From: Alphaproteobacteria bacterium
Lineage (GTDB): Bacteria; Pseudomonadota; Alphaproteobacteria; MPNO01
Direction: 5' to 3'
Assembly (NCBI GenBank): GCA_965248835.1
Contig: CBDFLJ010000001.1
Coordinates: 512,001-576,000, forward strand
DNA length: 64,000 bases
The notes beneath the pieces were generated by a model. That model was not told the DNA's origin and ran no database searches. It saw only the letters and a list, made by a program, of their open reading frames with translations. Numbering within the stretch: the first letter of the stretch is position 1; each line of letters begins with the position of its first letter. The position numbers and the translations under genes were made by a program. Of the stretch, positions 48,140 to 57,209 are shown piece by piece.

Positions 48140-48865
48140 CTATTCCGGCAGGTAGGCGGCGAGCTCCCGCTCCGTCGCCTTGGCGTCGCGGGCCAAGTTC
48201 TCGGCTATTCCCTGTGCCATGGCGTCGGGGTAGAGGTCCTCGACATCGGCCCTAATGGCCTCGATCACCGCAGCGGCGATGTCCTCGGGCTTGGCCAGCC
48301 CGCCCGGCGTCATATCGGTGTCGACCGAGCCCGGCATGACCGCCAGCACGTGCGTCCGCTGGGCAGCGAGTTCCGCGCGCACGCCGTGGGTCATTGAAAG
48401 TCCGGCGGCTTTGGAGGCGCAATAGGTGCCGATCGCCGGGATGCACACCCGCGACAGCACGGACAGCATGGCGACGATCATGCCGCCGCCATTGGCCGCC
48501 AGCACCGGCGCGAAGGCCCGGACCATCGACAGGGTGCCGAAATAGTTCGTCTCCATCTCCGCGCGCGCGTTGGCGATCGCATCGGCCTCGCCGATCAGCG
48601 GCCGGTTGCGGTTGACCCCGGCGTTGTTGATCAACAGCGTGACATCGCCGCAACGCGCGGCGGCTTCCGCGACCTGGCCGGGATCGGTGATGTCGAGCGC
48701 CAGGGTCCGGACCCTCGCGCCGTCGGCCAGATCGGCGGCCTTGGCCGGATCGCGCGCCGTGGCGTATATCCTGGGCGCCCCGGCCGCGACCAGGCACTTG
48801 ACGATCTCCCGTCCCATGCCGCGGTTCGCGCCGGTGACGAGCGCTGTTGCTCCGGTGATGTCCAT
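48140..48865 (-). CDS. SDR oxidoreductase
   Basis: TGANRGMG, INNAG, YCASK, PGSVDTDM. Confidence 0.9.
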   Translation of the reverse strand: MDITGATALVTGANRGMGREIVKCLVAAGAPRIYATARDPAKAADLADGARVRTLALDITDPGQVAEAAARCGDVTLLINNAGVNRNRPLIGEADAIANARAEMETNYFGTLSMVRAFAPVLAANGGGMIVAMLSVLSRVCIPAIGTYCASKAAGLSMTHGVRAELAAQRTHVLAVMPGSVDTDMTPGGLAKPEDIAAAVIEAIRADVEDLYPDAMAQGIAENLARDAKATERELAAYLPE

Positions 48866-48883
48866 CGCGTGCTGCTTTCCGGC

Positions 48884-50122
48884 CTAGTCCGCGGGCTCGC
48901 TTTCCTTCCAGCGCGCCATGAGCTGGTTGGATTCAACGGCGTTGGTATCGACCATCTTTCTGGCCACGTCCTGCCCGCCGACCGGCAGGTTGGCCGGGTC
49001 CAGCAGCCCGACCTGGACCAGTACCGAGGCCTGATCCCAATAGATGTGCTCGTGATAGAGCTTGTCGCCGCGGAAGTTGATGATGCCGACGGTCGGCACT
49101 TCGACATACTTGCCGGTCGGCGGGACCCCCGGCAACAGCCAGTCGATCTCCCGATCGTGGGTGAAGCACAGCAGCATCTCATCGACCACCCGGTCGGCGC
49201 CGACGGTGCGCGAGACCGGAATCAGCTTCGTGTCGTCCGGGTTCGCGTGCACGAAGTGATTGAGATAGAACCGGTGCAGGCTCTTATGGCCGACCCCGCC
49301 GGTCATCGTCGGGATGTGGTTGACATAGGGCTCGGGAACCATGGTCGCCATGGTCGCGTCCACGTCGCGGACGATGAACTCGTACTCGCAGTGCTTGTCC
49401 CACAGAGCGCTCAGGTCGTAGTTCGGGCCCATCGTCCGGCGCAGCGCGGCAATCGTGCGGCTGTGGGCCATCGAGACCGACGGCTTGTCGAAGACCTCGC
49501 GGTCCTGGTTGTAGAAGCCATGATCGGCGCCGGGATAGGCGTAGATCTCGACATCGGTCCGCTCGGCGAACGCCCCGCGCAGGGCCGCCACGCCCTCGGG
49601 CGGCATCAACTTGTCGAGCTCGGGGCAGTGGAAGACCATCGGGCAGGTGATCTTGTCCGCCTCGCCCAGCAAGTCTGGCAAACCGACGCCGTAGAACGAG
49701 ATCGACACCGCCGGGTCCAGCCTGGCCGCGGTCAGATAGGCGAGCTTGCCGCCGAGGCAGAAGCCCATATAGCCGATCTTGCCGGTGCATTCGGGCAGGC
49801 GCGCGAGCGCGTCCATCGCCGCCGCGATGTCGTCGATCCCCTGATCGATGTCGAACTGCCCCATGTACCCGAAGGCCGTGGCGAAATCGGCCTCCGAATA
49901 GGTCAGCGTGATGCCCGGCTCGATCCGCCAGAACATGTCGGGCACTAGGACGACATAACCCTCCTGGGCGAAGTCGTCGGCCGTCGCCCGCATGGTCGGG
50001 TTGACCCCGAAGATCTCCTGGCCGATCACCAGCCCCGGGCCGGAGCCCGCATCCGGCACCGCGAGATAGCCATTGAAGCGCTCGCCGTCGCGGGCGGTGA
50101 TGTCGATCATGCGGCCTGTCAT
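48884..50122 (-). CDS. Dienelactone hydrolase fused to a SnoaL-like domain
   Basis: QEIFG, GFCLGG, HGF; C-terminal PYVNHIPTMTGG and HEHIYWDQASVL. Confidence 0.88.
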   Translation of the reverse strand: MTGRMIDITARDGERFNGYLAVPDAGSGPGLVIGQEIFGVNPTMRATADDFAQEGYVVLVPDMFWRIEPGITLTYSEADFATAFGYMGQFDIDQGIDDIAAAMDALARLPECTGKIGYMGFCLGGKLAYLTAARLDPAVSISFYGVGLPDLLGEADKITCPMVFHCPELDKLMPPEGVAALRGAFAERTDVEIYAYPGADHGFYNQDREVFDKPSVSMAHSRTIAALRRTMGPNYDLSALWDKHCEYEFIVRDVDATMATMVPEPYVNHIPTMTGGVGHKSLHRFYLNHFVHANPDDTKLIPVSRTVGADRVVDEMLLCFTHDREIDWLLPGVPPTGKYVEVPTVGIINFRGDKLYHEHIYWDQASVLVQVGLLDPANLPVGGQDVARKMVDTNAVESNQLMARWKESEPAD

Positions 50123-50270
50123 CGGTCTGCCTCCATGGAGCCCCGGCGGGCGAGTGACCACCTTGCCTTACTATAAGAGGAAACGGGGTAGCGCCAAGGC
50201 TTTCCCGGCTCGGCCGTCGCCGGCGCGCGGTCTGCCGATCTGCGGCAGCACACCGGTCGTCCGGTCCCGC

Positions 50271-50765
50271 TCAGCCCTGGTAGAGGCCGCGGGCCTTGTG
50301 CCAGTCCTCGATCCCCTCGTCGGGATAGAGGTCGAAGGATTTGACGTTTGGGCCCTGGCCGGAATCCGCCCACGACGCGGCATAACGGGTCATCAGTACC
50401 GTGTGCTCGTCGGGCCGCGGCAGCGTCGTGTCGATCGCCGAGGCGAAGGGGTAGACATTGGCAGGCCAGTCGGGGGCAGCAACCCACAGCGCGCTGCCGC
50501 AATGTTTGCAGAAGCTGCGCCGGGCCGGGCTCATCCCGTCGTCTTCCAGACGGTTCCGCTCGTTGGATCTCGCGCGGTAAACGGCGATCGCACCTTCGCC
50601 CTCGACCTTCAGCGTCGCGGCATCGCCCATGATGTTGACCGCATACCCGCCGCCGCCGGCGGTCTTGCGGCAGACCGCGCAATAGCAGCGGTTGTAGGGG
50701 TAGGGGGTGTGCGAAACGACGCTGAACCGCACGGCTCCGCAATGACAGGATCCTTCAAGCAGCAC
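50271..50765 (-). CDS. GFA/CENP-V family zinc protein
   Basis: GSCHCGAV, CYCAVCRK, FCKHCGS. Confidence 0.88.
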   Translation of the reverse strand: MLLEGSCHCGAVRFSVVSHTPYPYNRCYCAVCRKTAGGGGYAVNIMGDAATLKVEGEGAIAVYRARSNERNRLEDDGMSPARRSFCKHCGSALWVAAPDWPANVYPFASAIDTTLPRPDEHTVLMTRYAASWADSGQGPNVKSFDLYPDEGIEDWHKARGLYQG

Positions 50766-50854
50766 GTCCCGGCCTCCCTGATCTGAGCGCTGCCGCAGGG
50801 TACGCCGGGCGGTGGCCTCGGGGCGAGTCCTTGTGCCCCGAACCGCGCCCGCGC

Positions 50855-51619
50855 ATGATCGCGCCGGCCATGTCCGCAGACGCCCTGCTCGTCATCGTCA
50901 CCGCCCTGCTGATCGGCTCGATCGGCAAGGCGATTACCGGCTTCGGCCTGCCGCTGGTCGCGATACCGGTGATGGCGGTCTTCATCGGTGTCGAGACCGC
51001 GGTGGTCGTGATGGTGATCCCGGCCGGCTATTCCAACCTCGCAATGTTGTGGGAATTCCGCCGGTCCGCCGGCACGGTGCCCGGGCTCTGGCTCGCGATC
51101 GGCCTCGGCCTGTTCGCCATCGCGTTGGGGACATGGCTGTTGAAGGTGCTCGATCCGGCACTGCTTCGGCTGGTCCTTGCCGGATGGATCGGGGTCTATC
51201 TGGCAAGCCGCGCCGTCGGCGTTACGATGCCGCCGGCAGCCGGCCGGCGCCGCGCGATGGTTGCCGCCGCAGTCGGGCTCGGCGGCATCTGCCAAGGGGC
51301 GACCGGGATCGCCGGTCCCATCGTGGTCACCGCGATGCACGCCCTGCGGCTCGACCGCGCCGTTCTGGTCTACGTGCTGTCGGCGATCTTCTTCTCCTAT
51401 TCGATCGCCCAGATCACTTCGATGACCGCTTTCGGCCTGCTCACCACCGAGCGCGTGATCCAGGGCCTGATCGCCATGGTCCCGGTCATCGCCGGCACCT
51501 GGCTCGGCCTGAAGCTCGGCCGCCGGATCGACGCACGCACGTTCAACATATGCGTCTTCGTGCTGCTCTCGGCGATGGCGCTCAAGCTCGCCTATGACGG
51601 CATTACCGGCCTGGGCTAA
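50855..51619 (+). CDS. TauE/SafE-family membrane protein
   Basis: KAITGFGLP, GATGIAGP, multiple TM segments; start may be 50870. Confidence 0.83.
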   Translation: MIAPAMSADALLVIVTALLIGSIGKAITGFGLPLVAIPVMAVFIGVETAVVVMVIPAGYSNLAMLWEFRRSAGTVPGLWLAIGLGLFAIALGTWLLKVLDPALLRLVLAGWIGVYLASRAVGVTMPPAAGRRRAMVAAAVGLGGICQGATGIAGPIVVTAMHALRLDRAVLVYVLSAIFFSYSIAQITSMTAFGLLTTERVIQGLIAMVPVIAGTWLGLKLGRRIDARTFNICVFVLLSAMALKLAYDGITGLG

Positions 51620-51628
51620 GATCGCGCG

Positions 51629-51745
51629 ATGTCGTGGACCCTGCTCGCCGCCGCAGCTTTCGCCGCCTGGGCGGGGCTGGTCTTCGGGCGCGGTCGGGCG
51701 TGGAAGAGCTGGATCTGCCGGCCGGCGGGCGGTGATGACGGCTGA
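51629..51745 (+). pseudogene. Probable internally deleted remnant of hopanoid glycosyltransferase hpnB
   Basis: MSWTLLAAAAFAAWAGLVFGRGRAWKSWICRPAGGDDG*; overlaps the hpnC start; resembles fused HpnB N- and C-termini. Confidence 0.55.
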
Positions 51746-52604
51746 GGCGTCCTACGAGGCCCCGTCGGGCAAGTGGTGGGGCGAGGAGAACTTTCCGGTC
51801 GGCTCGTGGCTGCTGCCGGCCCGGCTGCGGCCGCATGTGGCCACCTACTACGCGATCGCCCGGACCACCGACGATATCGCCGACAACCCGGCGCTGGCGC
51901 CCGAGGAAAAGCTTCGCAGGCTGGAGGCCTTCGAAGACGCGGTCCTCGGCAAGCGGGCCGAGGATCCGGCGCTCGCCAAGGCGCACCGCATGCGCGAGAG
52001 TCTCTCGCAGACCGGGCTCGGCCCACGCCATGTGCTCGACATCATCACCGCATTCAAGCAGGACACGACCAGGCGCCGCTACCGCGACTGGGACGAGCTG
52101 ATGGGCTATTGCTTGCTTTCGGCCGCCCCGGTGGGGCGTTACCTGCTCGACCTGCACGGCGAGGACCGCGCCGGTTGGCCGGCATCGGATGCGCTGTGCA
52201 ACGCGCTCCAGGTGCTGAACCACCTGCAGGACTGCAAGGACGACTATGTCGACCTCGACCGGGTCTATCTGCCGCAGGACTGGATGGATGAGGCGAGAAC
52301 GACGGCCGCCGCGCTCGATGCGGCGGCCGCAAGCCCGGCGATGCGCGCTGTCATCGACCGCGCGCTGGACGGAGTCGAGGCGCTGATGGTCCAGGCACGC
52401 AGCTTGCCTGGACGCTTGGCCAACCGGCGACTGGCGATGGAATCGGCGGTGATCGTGCGTCTTGCCGACCGGCTTGCGGTGCTGTTGCGGACCAACGATC
52501 CGATCGCAGGCCGGATCGCGCTCCGCCGTTGGGACTTCGCACGCTGCGGGATCGCCGGCGTTCTGGCCGGCCTGCTGGGCCGGCCTCAGAGCGGCTCGGA
52601 ATAG
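51735..52604 (+). CDS. hpnC: Hydroxysqualene synthase HpnC
   Basis: ENFPVGS, DDIAD, SAAPVGR, ALQVLNHLQD, RVYLP. Confidence 0.9.
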   Translation: MTAEASYEAPSGKWWGEENFPVGSWLLPARLRPHVATYYAIARTTDDIADNPALAPEEKLRRLEAFEDAVLGKRAEDPALAKAHRMRESLSQTGLGPRHVLDIITAFKQDTTRRRYRDWDELMGYCLLSAAPVGRYLLDLHGEDRAGWPASDALCNALQVLNHLQDCKDDYVDLDRVYLPQDWMDEARTTAAALDAAAASPAMRAVIDRALDGVEALMVQARSLPGRLANRRLAMESAVIVRLADRLAVLLRTNDPIAGRIALRRWDFARCGIAGVLAGLLGRPQSGSE

Positions 52605-53332
52605 ACCGCCGAAAGGCGCGAGCCCTCATAGTAGGCGATCGGATAGCTCGGCCGGGCGCGGATCCGGTCATACCAGTCGCCGAGCAGCGGACGGCCATCC
52701 TCCCACATATGCGCATAGCCCAGATCGTCGAGCCGGTCGATATTGGCAAGATAGGCCGCATCGACGATCGTGAACGCGTCGCCCATGATCCACGGCCCGC
52801 CGCGGCCGGCGAGCGCCGCCTCGATCCGGTCCATCGACAGGCCGAGGTTCTCCAGCGCGCGGTCGATATCCTCCTGCGGGAAGCCGTCCTGGCCCATGCG
52901 CTGATAGAAATGCTTGCGCAGCGGCCGTGCCGCCGCCGCGGCGGCGAACTGCCCGGCATCCATCCTCTGGAAGGGGCGGATCAGGAATTTGTTGAACGAT
53001 GGGTAGCGGATCGAGGGCGTCGCCACCTCGTCGAAATAGCGCAGCCATTTGCGCATATGCGCGCGGCCCAGCGGCTCGGCGGGGCTGAGCGGGATTTCGG
53101 GGAAGACCTCCTCGAGATATTCCATGATCACCGATGAATCGAGGATTACATGGCCGTCATGGACCAGCGTCGGGACGACGGCGTTGGGGTTGAGCTTCAG
53201 ATACGCCGGCTGCAGATGCTCCTGCTTGCGGGAATCCAGCCGCCGGTCGATCCAGTCGAGGCCCTTTTCCGCCAGACACAGCCTGACCTTCTGGCTGCAG
53301 GTCGATTGCCGGAAATTATAGAGCTCGAGCAT
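52586..53332 (-). CDS. Glutathione S-transferase (second paralog)
   Basis: STCSQKVR, LNPNAVVPTL, DSSVIMEYL. Confidence 0.9.
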   Translation of the reverse strand: MLELYNFRQSTCSQKVRLCLAEKGLDWIDRRLDSRKQEHLQPAYLKLNPNAVVPTLVHDGHVILDSSVIMEYLEEVFPEIPLSPAEPLGRAHMRKWLRYFDEVATPSIRYPSFNKFLIRPFQRMDAGQFAAAAAARPLRKHFYQRMGQDGFPQEDIDRALENLGLSMDRIEAALAGRGGPWIMGDAFTIVDAAYLANIDRLDDLGYAHMWEDGRPLLGDWYDRIRARPSYPIAYYEGSRLSAVYSEPL

Positions 53333-53453
53333 GCCGTCCCCCTGTCCGTCTTCGCCGCGCGGATCGACGAAATTTAGCACCGCCGGCCCGCGCCGGTCGA
53401 AGACGAATACGGTCGCGATACGCCGGGGCGGCTTAACCGCAAGCGTTTATGAC

Positions 53454-54353
53454 TCAGCCCAACAACCCGTATCGGAAAGCGAGCCATATCTTGGCCGGCC
53501 TGGATATGCCCACCGGATGGTCGAGCCTGCGCCAGCCGCGCTGCTCCAGCCCGTCGAGCAGGCGCTTGTAGTTCATCATCATGACGACCGCCGGTCGCAG
53601 CGGGCCGCTGCGGCAATCCGCGCGCGCGGTGTCGGCCTCGGCGAACCGTTCCCGCGCGATCCGCGCCAGCGCCGTGCACACCTCGGGCAGCGCCGGATGG
53701 GCGAGCACCGCGCGGGGCGAGACGGTGTGGATGCCGGCCTCCGCCAGCAGCTCACAGGGCAGATAGAGCCGCCCGTCCTCGGCATCTTCGCCGAGGTCGC
53801 GCAGGATGTTGGTGAGCTGCAGCGCCGTGCCGAGGGCCAGCGCGAAGTCCTTCGCACGGGACTCCTCGGCCCCGAAGGCCCGGATCGACAGCAGACCCAC
53901 CGCGCCGGCCACGCGCTGGCAATAGAGCTCGAGCACCGCCATCGAGGGCGCCTGCAGACCCTCGCCCACGTCCATCGCCATGCCGTCGATCACGGCGAGG
54001 AAGTCTTCGCACCGCAGACCGAATGCGGCGACCGGCCCGCACAGCGCCCGCGCCGTCAGGCTCTGCGGACGCGATCCGTCATAGATCCGGGCGATGTCGC
54101 CGCGCCAGGCGTCCAGCCGGCACCGCTTTTCCGGCACCGGATCCGGACCGTCGGCGATATCGTCGACCTCGCGGCAGAACGCGTAGATCGCGAACATCGC
54201 ATCGCGGCGGTCAGCCGGCAGCAGCCGCATCGCCCAGTAGAAGGACGAGCCGGATGCAGCCGTCCTCGCGCGGGCATGCGCGATCGCTTCGGAGTCCGGC
54301 GCTCCGATTTCGGCAATGCGCGCAGAGACCAGGCGATCAGCGCGGGCGGGCAT
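53454..54353 (-). CDS. hpnD: Presqualene diphosphate synthase HpnD
   Basis: GSSFYWAM, FCREVDDIAD, YCQRVAGAVG, ALQLTNILRD, RLYLP. Confidence 0.9.
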   Translation of the reverse strand: MPARADRLVSARIAEIGAPDSEAIAHARARTAASGSSFYWAMRLLPADRRDAMFAIYAFCREVDDIADGPDPVPEKRCRLDAWRGDIARIYDGSRPQSLTARALCGPVAAFGLRCEDFLAVIDGMAMDVGEGLQAPSMAVLELYCQRVAGAVGLLSIRAFGAEESRAKDFALALGTALQLTNILRDLGEDAEDGRLYLPCELLAEAGIHTVSPRAVLAHPALPEVCTALARIARERFAEADTARADCRSGPLRPAVVMMMNYKRLLDGLEQRGWRRLDHPVGISRPAKIWLAFRYGLLG

Positions 54354-54544
54354 ATCGACCGGCGGTCCGCGCTCCGGCCGAAGCCGATTCTGCAGATGTC
54401 ATCGCCATTCCACGTCGCCTCCACAGCCCCGCGATCCCGGCTGGCGAGCCGGCCGGGATCGCGGGGGACAGTGCGGAGTTTAGCAAGCCGGCGCGAACCG
54501 GCGGAATCGAAATTCTCGCATCCCGGCGGCGTTGGCAGCGGGCC

Positions 54545-54612
54545 TTGACGGCGGCGGCGGATCGGGAGAAAGTAACAGGTGAAACAAAGTTTCATATATG
54601 AAAATCATTTTC
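54545..54612 (+). promoter_or_regulatory. Candidate promoter and palindromic operators of the Rieske operon
   Basis: TTGACG at 54545; TGAAAC-aaa-GTTTCA (54580-94), TTTCATATATGAAA (54590-603), GAAAAT-c-ATTTTC (54600-12). Confidence 0.7.
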
Positions 54613-54627
54613 GCGGGAGACCATGCG

Positions 54628-54861
54628 ATGCCCCTCCCCTATGACGAGCCGGAAAACGTCGTCTGGCAGACGCAGATCGTTGCGCCGCCGGATGCCTACG
54701 CGATGGCTCTGGCCGATGCGCTGGAAGCGATTTTCGGCCAGGGGATCCACGAAATCGACGGCATCGTCGCACGACTGAACGAGAGCGGCCCGCGACCGGC
54801 AGGAGCGGATGCGTGGACCCCTTCGGTCTTCGAGGCGGAGATGGTTCGCCTGGGCGCATGA
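54628..54861 (+). CDS. Small recombinase-like helix-turn-helix protein associated with Rieske oxygenases
   Basis: LADALEAIFGQGIHEIDGIVARLN...WT...FEAEMVRLG; GGAGA RBS. Confidence 0.72.
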   Translation: MPLPYDEPENVVWQTQIVAPPDAYAMALADALEAIFGQGIHEIDGIVARLNESGPRPAGADAWTPSVFEAEMVRLGA

Positions 54862-54871
54862 TCACGGAGAG

Positions 54872-55921
54872 ATGACCATGTCCGCAGAGCAGAGCGCGCA
54901 TGAGCAGGCCGAGGCGCTGGTCGATCTCGGTGTTCGCAACCGCTGGTACCCGATCGCGGCAAGCTGGATGGTCAAGGACCGGCCCGTCGGGCTGATGCGG
55001 CTGGGCGAGCCGATCGTGGTGTGGCGCAACGGCGAGGGCGCGGTCCAGGTCCTGGCCGACCGCTGCCCCCATCGCGGGGCGCGGTTGTCGATGGGCTGGA
55101 ACCTGGGTGACAGGCTGGCCTGCTGGTATCACGGCGTCGAGGTGGGCGGCGGGGGCGTAGTTCAGAGGGTCCCCGCCATCAGCGACTGCCCGCTGGTCGG
55201 TACCGCGGCGGTCAAATCCTATCCCTGCTTCGAGCACATGGGCGCGATCTTCGCCTATTTCGGCGATGCCGCGCATCCCGAACCGGTCGCGTTCACCCTG
55301 CCCGAACAGCTCGATTCCCCTGAATGGGACGCGATCCTGTGCACCGCGCACTGGCGCTGCAACTACCGGTATGCGATCGACAACGTGATGGACCCGATGC
55401 ACGGCGCCTATCTGCACGCCAAATCCCATTCGATGGCCGATGGCGACAAAGAAGCCCGGATGCGGGTGCGCCAGACCGATGAAGGTCTGGTCTTCGAGAA
55501 AACCGACCAGCGCGGCGTCAACTTCGACTGGGTGGAGTTCGGCGATACCGGCGCGCACTGGATGCGCCTGTCCATCCCCTACCAGAAAAACGCCGGGCCG
55601 GGCGGCGAGTTCGGAATCATGGGCTTCGTCACGCCGATCGACCACGAGAACTGCCGGGTCTTCTTCTGGCGCACGCGCAAATGCACCGGCTGGCAGAGGG
55701 CTGCCTGGCGGTTCATGTACAAGCACAAGCTCGAAACCCTGCACTGGGACGTGCTGGAGCAGGACCGCACGATCCTCGAGCGCCTGCCGGGCGATGCACG
55801 CGATCACGAGTTCCTCTATCAGCACGACACCGGCCTGGCGCGGGTGCGGCGCATGCTCCACGAGCAGGCCGAGGAGCAACTCGCCGCGCTGGCCGCCGCC
55901 AACGCCCAGGCCGCGGAGTGA
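54872..55921 (+). CDS. Rieske non-heme iron oxygenase alpha subunit
   Basis: DRCPHRG...CWYHG (2Fe-2S), DNVMDPMHGAYLH (mononuclear Fe), EQD. Confidence 0.93.
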   Translation: MTMSAEQSAHEQAEALVDLGVRNRWYPIAASWMVKDRPVGLMRLGEPIVVWRNGEGAVQVLADRCPHRGARLSMGWNLGDRLACWYHGVEVGGGGVVQRVPAISDCPLVGTAAVKSYPCFEHMGAIFAYFGDAAHPEPVAFTLPEQLDSPEWDAILCTAHWRCNYRYAIDNVMDPMHGAYLHAKSHSMADGDKEARMRVRQTDEGLVFEKTDQRGVNFDWVEFGDTGAHWMRLSIPYQKNAGPGGEFGIMGFVTPIDHENCRVFFWRTRKCTGWQRAAWRFMYKHKLETLHWDVLEQDRTILERLPGDARDHEFLYQHDTGLARVRRMLHEQAEEQLAALAAANAQAAE

Positions 55922-56664
55922 GCACGGTCTCGCTCGCAGGCAGGCGGGTGCTGATCACCGGCGCCGCACGCGGGCTCGGCCGCTGGTTCGCCGAGGAAGC
56001 GCTTGCCGCCGGGGCGCGCGTGGCGATCGCCGACATCCTGGAGGACGAGGGCCGCGCCACGGCCGAGGCGCTGGGCGCGGTCTTCATGCCGCTCGACCTC
56101 GAGGTTCCGGACTCGATCGAGGCCTTGGCCGGTTCGGCGGGCGCGGCGCTGGGCGGCCTCGACGGGCTGGTCAACAACGCGGCCATCGCCACCGGCATCG
56201 GCGGCAGGACCTGCGAGGAGATCGATATCGAGACCTGGGACCGGGTGATGCGGGTCAACGTCCGCGGCACTTGGCTGATGACCAGGGCCTGCCTGCCGCA
56301 CTTGCGCGGCAGCGGCAACGCCAAGGTGGTCAACATCGCCTCCGACACTGCGCTGTGGGGCGCGCCGCGCCTGCTGCACTACGTCTCCAGCAAGGGCGCG
56401 GTGATCGCGATGACCCGTGCGCTCGCCCGCGAGCTCGGCGGCGACGGCATCGCGGTCAACGCGGTCGCACCGGGCCTGACCCTGGTCGAGGCGACCGCGT
56501 ACGTGCCCGAAGAGCGTCACCGGCACTATGTCGAGGGCCGCGCGATCAGCCGTGCGCAGCGGCCCGAGGATGTCGTCGGCGCGGTGATGTATCTGCTGTC
56601 CGATGCGGCCGATTTCGTCACCGGCCAGCTTCTTCCGGTCAACGGCGGCTTTGTCATGAACTGA
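55918..56664 (+). CDS. SDR oxidoreductase
   Basis: TGAARGLG, VNNAA, YVSSK; GTGA overlap with the Rieske gene stop. Confidence 0.9.
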   Translation: MSTVSLAGRRVLITGAARGLGRWFAEEALAAGARVAIADILEDEGRATAEALGAVFMPLDLEVPDSIEALAGSAGAALGGLDGLVNNAAIATGIGGRTCEEIDIETWDRVMRVNVRGTWLMTRACLPHLRGSGNAKVVNIASDTALWGAPRLLHYVSSKGAVIAMTRALARELGGDGIAVNAVAPGLTLVEATAYVPEERHRHYVEGRAISRAQRPEDVVGAVMYLLSDAADFVTGQLLPVNGGFVMN

Positions 56665-56692
56665 GCCGGTCAAGCTTTCACAGGAGAGCCCG

Positions 56693-57199
56693 ATGAGCAC
56701 CAAGTTGGAGACCACCACACGAGACCTCCAGGACTGGATGGAGAGCCGCATCGCGCGCTTCCAGACGCGCCGCTACGACTGGGACGCGCTCAAGTTCCAG
56801 GCCGATTTCGACCCGAAATACCGCCGCGCGCAGATGCGCTATATGGGCACCGGCGGGACCGGCGTCGCCAGCGACATGAACAGCGTGCCGTGCGAGCACT
56901 TCACCTTCTCGACGATGGTCCTGCCACCGGGCTGCGAGGGTCCGATGCATGTCCACGACGATGTCGAGGAGGTGTTCTTCATGCTGCGCGGCCGGATCCG
57001 GCTGAGCTTCGAGCAGGACGGCGAGACCTGGCAGACCGTGCTCGACGAGCGCGATCTGGTTTCGGTGCCGCCCGGGGTCTATCGCGGCTTGATCAACGAA
57101 GGCCAGGAGGAGGCGCTGATGTGCGTGATGCTGGGTGCCTCCAAGCCGAAGATCCCGACCTATCCGCCCGATCACCCGCTGGCCGGGATCAAGCGCTGA
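56693..57199 (+). CDS. Cupin-domain protein
   Basis: GPMHVHDDVEEVFF, SVPPGVYR. Confidence 0.87.
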   Translation: MSTKLETTTRDLQDWMESRIARFQTRRYDWDALKFQADFDPKYRRAQMRYMGTGGTGVASDMNSVPCEHFTFSTMVLPPGCEGPMHVHDDVEEVFFMLRGRIRLSFEQDGETWQTVLDERDLVSVPPGVYRGLINEGQEEALMCVMLGASKPKIPTYPPDHPLAGIKR

Positions 57200-57209
57200 G
57201 CCGTTCGGC

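Noticed and set aside
54628-54861. Recombinase-like HTH as evidence of a transposon
   Set aside because: No catalytic resolvase domain, transposase or terminal repeats; it sits at the head of a metabolic operon
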